Source: a virus (taxonomy: Duplodnaviria > Caudoviricetes). Taken from it: 34,794 bases of DNA. The DNA lies in the IMG/VR virus record IMGVR_UViG_3300038675_000203, positions 1 to 34,794 of that record; one strand, written 5' to 3'. Positions 26,927-34,794 of the stretch are shown piece by piece. The position numbers and the translations under genes are program-made. How positions within the stretch are numbered: position 1 is the stretch's first letter; the number at the start of each line of letters is the position of its first letter. A model generated the notes under the pieces. That model saw only the letters and a list, made by a program, of their open reading frames with translations, made no database searches and was not told where the DNA came from.

Positions 26927-27405
26927 TGACAAATTATATGAGAGTGTTTGATGCAATATCACAGTCATTCGATACATTATTGTATGATATGACTCGTGTT
27001 AAATACTCATATATGATTACTAGCGCGCGTGGTGAACATCTTGATAAAATTGGTGATATCGTTAAATATGATAGACCATTTGGATTAAATGATGCTCAAT
27101 ATAGAGCTCTATTGCTGAGAGCAATGGGATTAAATACAGGCGCCGGTACACTACCATCAATTAGATCATTCCTTGAGGGATATTTAAATACAACACATAT
27201 TGAAATATATGAACCACAAGTTGGCACAGTAACAATTGCGCTAAATAATTCATTTCAATCTCGTGAAGATGAAATACGTAATGAATTGAGACAATTAGTT
27301 GCCTGTGGCATACGCATTGATATTATATTCGGCAAAACATCGTGGAATGTGTCTTACTGGAACGATGATGATGAGAATTCAGATACATATGCAGCTTGGG
27401 TATGA
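26926..27405 (+). CDS. Baseplate wedge protein (P2 gpI/gp48-like)
   Basis: ARGEHLDKIG....R.....DAQYR..L, GAGT...I and LVACGI motifs; AGGAG SD. Confidence 0.8.
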   Translation: MTNYMRVFDAISQSFDTLLYDMTRVKYSYMITSARGEHLDKIGDIVKYDRPFGLNDAQYRALLLRAMGLNTGAGTLPSIRSFLEGYLNTTHIEIYEPQVGTVTIALNNSFQSREDEIRNELRQLVACGIRIDIIFGKTSWNVSYWNDDDENSDTYAAWV

Positions 27406-27414
27406 GGTAATAAA

Positions 27415-28854
27415 ATGACAACTGTTAATCCACCAACAAGTAATGGCGGCGCATTTGAGCCGCTAACACTTATTCGCGCTGAAGAAATGAATGATGAGTT
27501 AGATGCAATCAATTACGATCTAAATTATATAACCGGCGTTTTACAATCAATATATGAAAAACTAGATACAATCGAGCCCGGGGCCGGCGCAACTTTAAGT
27601 AGCGATCAAATTATTGCTCTTATAAATCTTGGTTCATCTAAAATTAATGTCGAAAGATTATCGGAAGATGTATCATCTGGTGGCGATGTCACAGTCGCTA
27701 TAGCTAATCATAGGACAACTACCACACAAGCGTATATGCATCCGCAGAATGCTATTAAATCCACCGAGTTAACATATTCTAATACGCCTACTTCATATAT
27801 AACAAGTCCGGTAAATTTATTAGATGAACTGAAGAATTTACGATACGCCATTCATAAAGTTACTGGCAAGACTACTTGGATTGATACACCGACAGAAAAT
27901 CTTACGCAACTTACAGCTGCTCTAGATGTTGTACAAGCAAAGCTTGCTGGTATCGAATCTGGTGCGACTGCTGATATGAGCGCATCTGAAATATTAACTG
28001 CCGTTAAAACTGTAGATGGCGCTGCTAGCGGCTTAGATGCAGATCTCTTAGATGGTCAGCATGGATCGTATTATGCATCTACGAGTTCAGTTAACTCACA
28101 TCTTGTTAATATTTCAAATCCACATAGTGTTACAAAATCTCAAGTTGGCCTGGCTAACGTTTTGAATGTTCAGCAGTTTCCAGCATCTAACGTAGAAACT
28201 GGCACATCTACTAATGGTTTAACTACATACGTTCCATCATCATACACGATGAATAATGTTATCGGTAAAGCATTTGGTGCAAGTGGTGGCACATGTTGGT
28301 TATATAGACAAGATACCTCATCTGAGGGCGGACAAATAAACTTTGAAACTGCCAATGCATCATCATATCCGCATCAAATATCAATTGATCGTTTTGGTAG
28401 TATTTTAAGATTATATTCTGTAAAGGGTTCTACAGAAAAAGTTATTAACGTTCCACAGTTGGGTGCATCTGGATCTGATGTCACATCTGTATTAATGAGT
28501 GTTCCTGATATGGGTAATCATACAAGTGTAGCTAATGAATATTGGAGTGGTAGTACCGCAAGTTATGTTCAAAATACAATTTTTGGACCACTTATGATTC
28601 TAGGTGGTACAGTCTGTAGATCAAATGATTATGGATATGTGCAATGGTCAACTAATGGTTCTGCATGGAACAATTTCAGCGTTGCTACAACTGGAAGTTC
28701 ACCAGCGACGACATCATCAAACCCAGTATCAATGGGTGCTATACCATGCGCATACGTTTCTGGAACTTTATATTTAAAAGCTGGATCAACGTACAGTGGT
28801 GCCTCTAGTAAACAATATGGCGGATCGTATCAAATCTCATATGTGAGGTTGTAA
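27415..28854 (+). CDS. Tail fibre protein
   Basis: KL.(T/G)IE.GA repeats, SGLDADLLDGQHGSYY and SNPHSVTKSQVGL fibre motifs; Ser/Gly-rich C-terminal tip. Confidence 0.85.
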   Translation: MTTVNPPTSNGGAFEPLTLIRAEEMNDELDAINYDLNYITGVLQSIYEKLDTIEPGAGATLSSDQIIALINLGSSKINVERLSEDVSSGGDVTVAIANHRTTTTQAYMHPQNAIKSTELTYSNTPTSYITSPVNLLDELKNLRYAIHKVTGKTTWIDTPTENLTQLTAALDVVQAKLAGIESGATADMSASEILTAVKTVDGAASGLDADLLDGQHGSYYASTSSVNSHLVNISNPHSVTKSQVGLANVLNVQQFPASNVETGTSTNGLTTYVPSSYTMNNVIGKAFGASGGTCWLYRQDTSSEGGQINFETANASSYPHQISIDRFGSILRLYSVKGSTEKVINVPQLGASGSDVTSVLMSVPDMGNHTSVANEYWSGSTASYVQNTIFGPLMILGGTVCRSNDYGYVQWSTNGSAWNNFSVATTGSSPATTSSNPVSMGAIPCAYVSGTLYLKAGSTYSGASSKQYGGSYQISYVRL

Positions 28855-30830
28855 TGACACAATTCATTAAAAAGAATTGGGTTACCGGTGAAGTTATCAC
28901 TGAATCTGATATGGATAGGCTCGAGGGCGGGGTTCAAGATGCATTTACAACAGCGACCGCTGTTGATATTGTGGTATCAGATCATATTAATGATTTAGAA
29001 TTACACTTAAGTGAAAGTGATAGAAATGCTCTTGATACGCTTATTGGTTATGGTGAGGATATAGCAGTAATTTCTGATATAACTAAAGAGCAGGTTGGTC
29101 TATCCAACGTTGAAAATATACTTAATAATTATGCCGCCGTAACTGATCCATTGACCACATCAAATGGATATAATATTGGAAGCATTTGGGTTAACACATC
29201 TAATGATAAATCATATATATGTGTTGATAATACCAATAATGCAGTTGTTTGGAAAGATATAACTGCTAGTGGTAGTGTGGTTTCAGGGTCTGGCACCGGT
29301 GTACATAATGATTTGACTGGTATTCAGGGTGGGGCTCCCGGTAATTATTATCATTTAACTGCTGCACAATCAAGTGCATTAATTTCACATTTAACTGATT
29401 ATAATAATCCACATCAGACAGCCACCGGCGGCGGTAGTGGATATGTTGAATTAGATGCTCTAGGATATTTAGAGCGTGATCAAATACCTAAATGTAATCT
29501 GCGTAATATATTTAACGAAGCTTTCACATCACATGCCACTGCCGAGAATAATAGCTGGCGCGGACTCTGTTGGTCACCAGACTTAAGATTATGGTGCGCT
29601 GTATCTACAAATGGTAGACATCAAGTTATGACTAGTCCTGACGGACTTACATGGACTGCGCGTTCTGCATCTAATAATAACTATTGGGCAGACGTATGCT
29701 GGTCTCCAAGTTTAAAGTTATTCGTAGCTGTATCATATAATGTTAATGCATCTCCAACTGGCGTTGCCGGTCGTGTTATGACGTCACCAGATGGAATAAC
29801 ATGGACTAGTAGAACGGCCGCTGCTGAAAAACATTGGACATCAATTGTTTGGTCTGAAGAATTACAAATATTTGTAGCACTTGCATATTTTGTTACTGGT
29901 GATCCGTCTGGTACAAATCTGGTAATGACTTCAGATAATGGTATTGATTGGACAATTCATAATGCAGCATGTGAGGCTTACTGGGAAGATGTGTGCTGGT
30001 CTCCAGAGCTAGAGCTCTTTGTAGCTGTAGCTGGTGGTGCATCAGCGATATATAAAGTGATGACTTCAAGTGATGGAGTCACTTGGACCGGCCAGTCATT
30101 ACCGTCGGCGATTTCATCAAATCAATGGGGCGGGGTCGCATGGTCGCCAAGTCTTGGAATGTTTGCTGCTGTATCATACACTGGAACTTATAAAGTAATG
30201 ACATCTGTTGATGGAATCAATTGGACTCCACGCACTGCTGCAACAACAAATAATTGGTATAAGATTATATGGTCTCCAGAGTTCCAACACTTTGTAGCAT
30301 GTTCACTCACTGGTGTTAATAATCGTATAATGTATTCAAGGGATGGAATCTCTTGGTATAGTGGAATAAGTGCTGCTGATAATAGTTGGTATACAATTGG
30401 TTATTCAACAACGCTAGCTCAAGTTGTATGTTTATCAACTACTGGTACTGGTAACAGATGCATGGTATCTCCAGATGTTATGGATTATGCTATTGATGGT
30501 GATTATGCAAAATCTGGTCAGTTTAAAGAACTTTATATAGATACATATCCAGCGCTGAGCGCTAAAGAAAATATTAAATCTATTAATTCAACATATAGTG
30601 CTAGCGTTAATGATCGTGTATTATTATGTAATGGAACATTTACTATAAATTTACCAAGTGTAAGTTCTGCTAATGGTATTACGTATGTTATTAAAAATAT
30701 TGGAACCGGAACCATTACAATTGATGGTAATGCATCAGAAACTATTGATGGTGCAACTACAAAAACTATAAGCTCCCAATATAATTCTGTAAGAATTGTA
30801 TGTAATGGTAGTGCATGGTTTATTATTTGA
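28854..30830 (+). CDS. Tail fibre/receptor-binding protein with an Asp-box (BNR) beta-propeller
   Basis: TKEQVGLSNV and NNPH fibre motifs; six MxSxDGxxW-type repeats plus a partial seventh, alternating with W..(V/I).WSP; C-terminal TINLP...YVIKN...TIDG...NGSAW domain. Confidence 0.85.
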   Translation: MTQFIKKNWVTGEVITESDMDRLEGGVQDAFTTATAVDIVVSDHINDLELHLSESDRNALDTLIGYGEDIAVISDITKEQVGLSNVENILNNYAAVTDPLTTSNGYNIGSIWVNTSNDKSYICVDNTNNAVVWKDITASGSVVSGSGTGVHNDLTGIQGGAPGNYYHLTAAQSSALISHLTDYNNPHQTATGGGSGYVELDALGYLERDQIPKCNLRNIFNEAFTSHATAENNSWRGLCWSPDLRLWCAVSTNGRHQVMTSPDGLTWTARSASNNNYWADVCWSPSLKLFVAVSYNVNASPTGVAGRVMTSPDGITWTSRTAAAEKHWTSIVWSEELQIFVALAYFVTGDPSGTNLVMTSDNGIDWTIHNAACEAYWEDVCWSPELELFVAVAGGASAIYKVMTSSDGVTWTGQSLPSAISSNQWGGVAWSPSLGMFAAVSYTGTYKVMTSVDGINWTPRTAATTNNWYKIIWSPEFQHFVACSLTGVNNRIMYSRDGISWYSGISAADNSWYTIGYSTTLAQVVCLSTTGTGNRCMVSPDVMDYAIDGDYAKSGQFKELYIDTYPALSAKENIKSINSTYSASVNDRVLLCNGTFTINLPSVSSANGITYVIKNIGTGTITIDGNASETIDGATTKTISSQYNSVRIVCNGSAWFII

Positions 30831-30842
30831 TGGTGTGATAAA

Positions 30843-33800
30843 ATGGCAAGTTATACATATGGACCAAGCGATATAAGCGCTATTCGTAGTGCTTTATCTG
30901 CTGGTAATAACACTGTTACATTGCGTGCAGGTACATATAGATTAACATCATCAACAACTTTTACATTCGGTAGTAATACCACACTCATTGGTAGTTCAGG
31001 AACAATCATAACCGGTGGTACATTTGGACCGATGTTTAGTGCTTCATCTAAAAGTAATATAACCATACGTAATTGTGAAATCACGCATTCCGCCCCATCT
31101 GGAAATTATGGTTCCGCCCCGTGGACTGATTATTATACAATGTATTTTAGTTCAGTCACTGGATTATACATATATAATTGCTACATACATGATGGGTATG
31201 GAGATTTCATTATATGCCGTGGTTGTACAAATATATATGTTCATGATAATACTATGTATTATTCTGGTCACGAATGTTTATATGCATTATCATGTGCTAA
31301 TGTAAATTTTTATAATAACAGATGTAGAACTAGAGAAAATAGTGCATGTAGACTTAGTGGAACTCATACAACTGGTGCAAGCATACATCATAATGATATA
31401 GATGGTAAGAAATATGGTAGTTCTGATTCATGTACAGGACCTGGAATTCAAATTGATACAACCCAATATGGTACTGAACTTAAGGACATAAGAATTTATA
31501 ATAACACTATACATGATACCAAGGGCGCTGGTATTTGGGCACAAAGTGATAATACTCCCGCATTAGCGCATAATATTTATATATATGATAATATATTTAC
31601 TAATTGTGGTAGTGGTACAGCAATTCACCAGCGTGCCGGTATAAATAGTTTTCAGATACATAATTTATATATAGAACGTAATACATTTACAAACTGTGGA
31701 TCTAGTGGATCTAAATGCGCATTGAGATTAATATACCGTGCTGCTAGTGGTGCAGCGCAACCATCTTATAAATATACTATATATTTTAGACATAATATTG
31801 GGCAGCAAACCGTTATTAAAGAGCACACGATATCTGTTAAACCATATTACACAACCAATGCATCTGATTCGCATCTAACATATAATATTAATAATCATAC
31901 GGTTATTACAACGGGAACTGATGTTACGACACCCGATGGCGGCGCTACCCCAACGCCCGTGCCAGGTCCAATTGATACAACGCAACCATCTGTATCACTT
32001 ATAACAAATGCAACAACACTTACGCGCGGAAATTCTACAACCCTGAGCTGGCGCGCTGATAATTGTACACATGCAATTTTAAATACTTATGTTGGTGGTA
32101 CACTTACAGCAGCAGTTGAATTACCACTGGCTAGCTCCACCAGTTCATCTGGCACATATTCCGTGACTCCAACAACAACAAGTGTGTATACACTTGTTGG
32201 ATATTATAATAAAGTATCACCAACTAGAAGTGCAAGTTCTAGTACACAAATTACTGTTACAGATCCAGTAATTGTTAATCCTTCCATTTCATCAATAACA
32301 ACTAGTAAAACTACTATATATACAAATGAAATGGTTAAGATTAATATTAATGGTGCTAAAGATTATACATATGCTAATTTAGCTGTTGAACAATATACTG
32401 GTAATACAAGTAATATTGATATATTAACAAATTTAATTAATGGTAATGGTAACGCAACTATTACCACAGCTTTTAGTTTAACCGGTACAAAAAGTATAAT
32501 TTTAACACTAAAGAACGGTGGTATTGTTAAAACATTTACCCCGGCTGCGCCGATAACAGTAATTGCTGCACCAACGCCAGCAACTCCGTCGCTGACGTTA
32601 AACGCAAGTTTTACAGAAATTATATATGGAGATGAGATATCTCTCAATTGGACATGCACTAATGCCACATCATTAATGGTTAATGGTCTACCACAATCAT
32701 CTATTACAACCGGAAGTATTTCTGTATCTCCTGGTAGTGATGCTGTAGACAAAACAATTTCAAATTCATATGTATATACAGCAATTGCTACTAATTCATC
32801 ATATGGATTAACATCAACTACTACTAAAACTGTAACTATAACTGTAAATCCATATATACCAAAGGTTCCATTAGTGCGTTTACGCACTGATACGCAACTT
32901 GTTGATATTGATCAGCCAGCCACAATTTCGTGGGTTGCAGAAAATACAAATTCATTATTTGTAAATTATGATATTGGTGCGGTAGATCCAGTATCTGGTT
33001 CAATACAGGTATATCCAACTACTGAAACTACTTATGTATTTTCAGCTATTGGAGACGATGGTGCTAACAATACATCGATCACTATCGATGTCTTGGCTGA
33101 AGATATAATGTCACAATTTGTGTCAACACCAACGACTGTATATCCAGGCGATCCAGTGACACTTGCTTGGGCATCTCGGTTCGGTAAATATGGTAATATT
33201 GACAATGATATTGGTGCTGTTAATCCCGCCAGTGGCGTGTATACTATTTACCCTGCTGTAAGCAGTGATTATGTGTTTACAGTTTCTGGATCGATGGGTG
33301 TTGATTCTAAAACAATACACGTCAGTGTATTGGATGCATTGCCATCTGGTAGTATGAGTGTTCAATATTCTGTAGATAAACCACTTATTAGTTCTGGCGA
33401 ACTTACAACCATATCGTGGACAACCAATGGTGTAGATGCAATGGCATGCGGGCAAGACATTGGTTTTGTTGATGTTCCAAGTGGATCAATTCAAGTGTAT
33501 CCATATTATACGGAGAACTATGAATTTATAGCTGTTAATGGAGTTGACTCTCTAGTTTACGAGGTGCCGATATATGTAATCGGTGAAGACTATGAATTAA
33601 TACAGGCTGTCATACCAACATACACTCAAGATTATATTGATATAACTGGTAGAAGAATTTACGTAAGTGGCGGACAATCAACTAGTGATACACAGTACAC
33701 TTGGGATATTGATACAAATGCTAGCATGCGACCAAATCCTAATGATGATATGATAACATTTGCATATGACGAAAATGGATATTATATGATTACACTTACT

Positions 33801-33863
33801 AGTGTTGATCACGACGGAAATATTACAAAGCAGACAGTGCGCGCGACTGTAATAAATACCTAA
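30843..33863 (+). CDS. Large adhesin/depolymerase: beta-helix, multiple Ig-like repeats and C-terminal PKD-like domain
   Basis: N-terminal beta-helix resembles 1197..3443 (GH(D/E)..Y, NSA.RL, TGP.IQID); Pro/Thr linker; repeated T(L/I)SW domains including three DIG.V.P.SG...YP repeats. Confidence 0.8.
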   Translation: MASYTYGPSDISAIRSALSAGNNTVTLRAGTYRLTSSTTFTFGSNTTLIGSSGTIITGGTFGPMFSASSKSNITIRNCEITHSAPSGNYGSAPWTDYYTMYFSSVTGLYIYNCYIHDGYGDFIICRGCTNIYVHDNTMYYSGHECLYALSCANVNFYNNRCRTRENSACRLSGTHTTGASIHHNDIDGKKYGSSDSCTGPGIQIDTTQYGTELKDIRIYNNTIHDTKGAGIWAQSDNTPALAHNIYIYDNIFTNCGSGTAIHQRAGINSFQIHNLYIERNTFTNCGSSGSKCALRLIYRAASGAAQPSYKYTIYFRHNIGQQTVIKEHTISVKPYYTTNASDSHLTYNINNHTVITTGTDVTTPDGGATPTPVPGPIDTTQPSVSLITNATTLTRGNSTTLSWRADNCTHAILNTYVGGTLTAAVELPLASSTSSSGTYSVTPTTTSVYTLVGYYNKVSPTRSASSSTQITVTDPVIVNPSISSITTSKTTIYTNEMVKININGAKDYTYANLAVEQYTGNTSNIDILTNLINGNGNATITTAFSLTGTKSIILTLKNGGIVKTFTPAAPITVIAAPTPATPSLTLNASFTEIIYGDEISLNWTCTNATSLMVNGLPQSSITTGSISVSPGSDAVDKTISNSYVYTAIATNSSYGLTSTTTKTVTITVNPYIPKVPLVRLRTDTQLVDIDQPATISWVAENTNSLFVNYDIGAVDPVSGSIQVYPTTETTYVFSAIGDDGANNTSITIDVLAEDIMSQFVSTPTTVYPGDPVTLAWASRFGKYGNIDNDIGAVNPASGVYTIYPAVSSDYVFTVSGSMGVDSKTIHVSVLDALPSGSMSVQYSVDKPLISSGELTTISWTTNGVDAMACGQDIGFVDVPSGSIQVYPYYTENYEFIAVNGVDSLVYEVPIYVIGEDYELIQAVIPTYTQDYIDITGRRIYVSGGQSTSDTQYTWDIDTNASMRPNPNDDMITFAYDENGYYMITLTSVDHDGNITKQTVRATVINT

Positions 33864-33915
33864 ACGTTTATAAATAAAGAACAGTATAGCAAAAGAATTT
33901 AGTATAGAGGTCATT

Positions 33916-34332
33916 ATGAAATACTGGAATATGATATTAACAGATGTTGATGGTACATCTGCTATTGTTCAAGATAATGGTACCGCTGATAATCGCGGTG
34001 TTTATAAAATAACTGCTGACACTGCTGGCAGTTATTATTTTTATGTTGATTGGTCTGGGAATGAAAGTTTTAAATTTGAAAAATTCTCAGTGCAAAAGTC
34101 CACCGGCGGTGGATATTTATGGTGCGCTGTTCAATGGAAGATTAATGGTTCATGGGTAGATGGTGGGTTAAGTGAATCATATTTGACAGATCCAAATCTT
34201 AAGTTTGATGCCACGCAAGCAGCATGCTGGAATACTATAGATATTGAACAGGTGTGCTATGGTGTGCCAGTTCGAGTGAAGTGTTTAGTTGAAAATGCTG
34301 GTAATATACTTGCACAGGCACTTAGGAGTTAA
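33916..34332 (+). CDS. Hypothetical protein (138 aa, beta-rich)
   Basis: GAGGT SD and upstream TTTATAAATA TATA-like box. Confidence 0.65.
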   Translation: MKYWNMILTDVDGTSAIVQDNGTADNRGVYKITADTAGSYYFYVDWSGNESFKFEKFSVQKSTGGGYLWCAVQWKINGSWVDGGLSESYLTDPNLKFDATQAACWNTIDIEQVCYGVPVRVKCLVENAGNILAQALRS

Positions 34333-34336
34333 TTAA

Positions 34337-34794
34337 ATGAAATTGAAAATAATCCCAATTGCAATAATCCTTATGATCCTTATTTCACCATTCGCATGGG
34401 CGGCAGGTTATAAGGTTGATGTTAAGGAATCTGATAAGAAAATAGATACAAAGATTGACGAAGGAAAAATCATCGATAAGACTAAGGAATCAAAGAAGGA
34501 CATTGCGAATGTTCCCAAAGAATTGAATGGGAAAATCAAAGTCAAAGATTCCGACACTAGCAAATATAAAGTAGAGAAGACTGATAAGAACTCTATTAAA
34601 ATCACCAAAGACGAGGTTGCAGGCGAGCACACCAAGACAGAGATATCCGTTGATACTGCATACCTGACAGAGCTTGACAAACAGGCAAATGCTGATGGGT
34701 ACATCGGATATATGCGGTTGGTAGACGGACAGGTAGCTGATGTTCAGAAAATCAAAATCTCAGACATCAGTTCCGGCGGAACTTCTACAATACC
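34337..34794 (+). CDS. Secreted protein with Sec signal peptide, truncated by the window end (not in ORF track)
   Basis: AGGAG at 34324-34328, ATG 34337, MKLKIIPIAIILMILISPFAWA-AGYKVDVKESDKK...; frame open to the end of the window. Confidence 0.8.
   Translation, partial: MKLKIIPIAIILMILISPFAWAAGYKVDVKESDKKIDTKIDEGKIIDKTKESKKDIANVPKELNGKIKVKDSDTSKYKVEKTDKNSIKITKDEVAGEHTKTEISVDTAYLTELDKQANADGYIGYMRLVDGQVADVQKIKISDISSGGTSTI

Larger units (their letters stand above)
1197..34794 (+). mobile_element. Morphogenesis module of a contractile-tailed virus, probably of Methanosarcinales
   Basis: Complete head-neck-tail-baseplate-fibre gene order; archaeal promoters and DNRLRE domains; no integrase or att site visible here. 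Confidence 0.9.

Noticed and set aside
26880-26935. Possible frameshift fusion of 26261..26926 with 26926..27405
   Set aside because: The downstream frame has a TAG at 26914-26916, its own AGGAG SD and a TAATG overlap, indicating ordinary translational coupling.
14208-27405. Non-viral contractile injection system (tailocin/eCIS)
   Set aside because: Terminase, portal, protease and capsid genes are in the same module, so this is a complete virion.
27415-33863. Diversity-generating retroelement targeting the fibres
   Set aside because: No reverse transcriptase and no adenine-variable template/variable repeat pair seen in this window.
1197-34332. Stop-codon reassignment or in-frame pyrrolysine within genes
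   Set aside because: Genes tile the strand without gaps under the standard code; no split genes need TAG or TGA read-through.
2552-34704. Many short minus-strand or alternate-frame ORFs in the track (e.g. 7415..7876, 17762..18151, 32363..32887, 34408..34704)
   Set aside because: They lie within well-supported + strand genes and have no recognisable motifs; treated as shadow ORFs.
1-34794. tRNA, rRNA, integrase or att site
   Set aside because: No cloverleaf, rRNA-like segment or recombinase motif recognised.

Overview
The window is almost entirely a + strand, tightly coupled virion-morphogenesis module of a tailed dsDNA virus (Caudoviricetes) with a contractile tail. Gene order: TerS, TerL, portal, protease/scaffold, HK97-type major capsid protein, neck proteins, sheath, tube, tail chaperones, tape measure, baseplate, and three large fibre/adhesin proteins. 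The host is most likely a methanogenic archaeon (Methanosarcina or a relative). This is inferred from DNRLRE/disaggregatase-repeat domains, archaeal BRE-TATA promoters, near-absence of TAG stops and lack of a recognisable endolysin. Notable points: (i) a GT4-GT4-GT2/FkbM-methyltransferase cassette sits between the capsid and neck genes and is a candidate virion glycosylation/O-methylation system; (ii) two paralogous disaggregatase-like beta-helix proteins are candidate methanochondroitin depolymerases; (iii) a TTT-CGT +1 frameshift site lies in the tail chaperone gene; (iv) a K-turn hairpin, an SD-pairing pseudoknot and a repeated promoter/leader architecture occur between genes; (v) a ~1.2 kb non-coding left end carries CRISPR-handle-like tandem repeats, palindromes and an out-of-place bacterial sigma70 promoter with a structured RNA candidate; (vi) GCGCG appears strongly over-represented. 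All calls come from motif recognition and synteny by eye; no searches were run.
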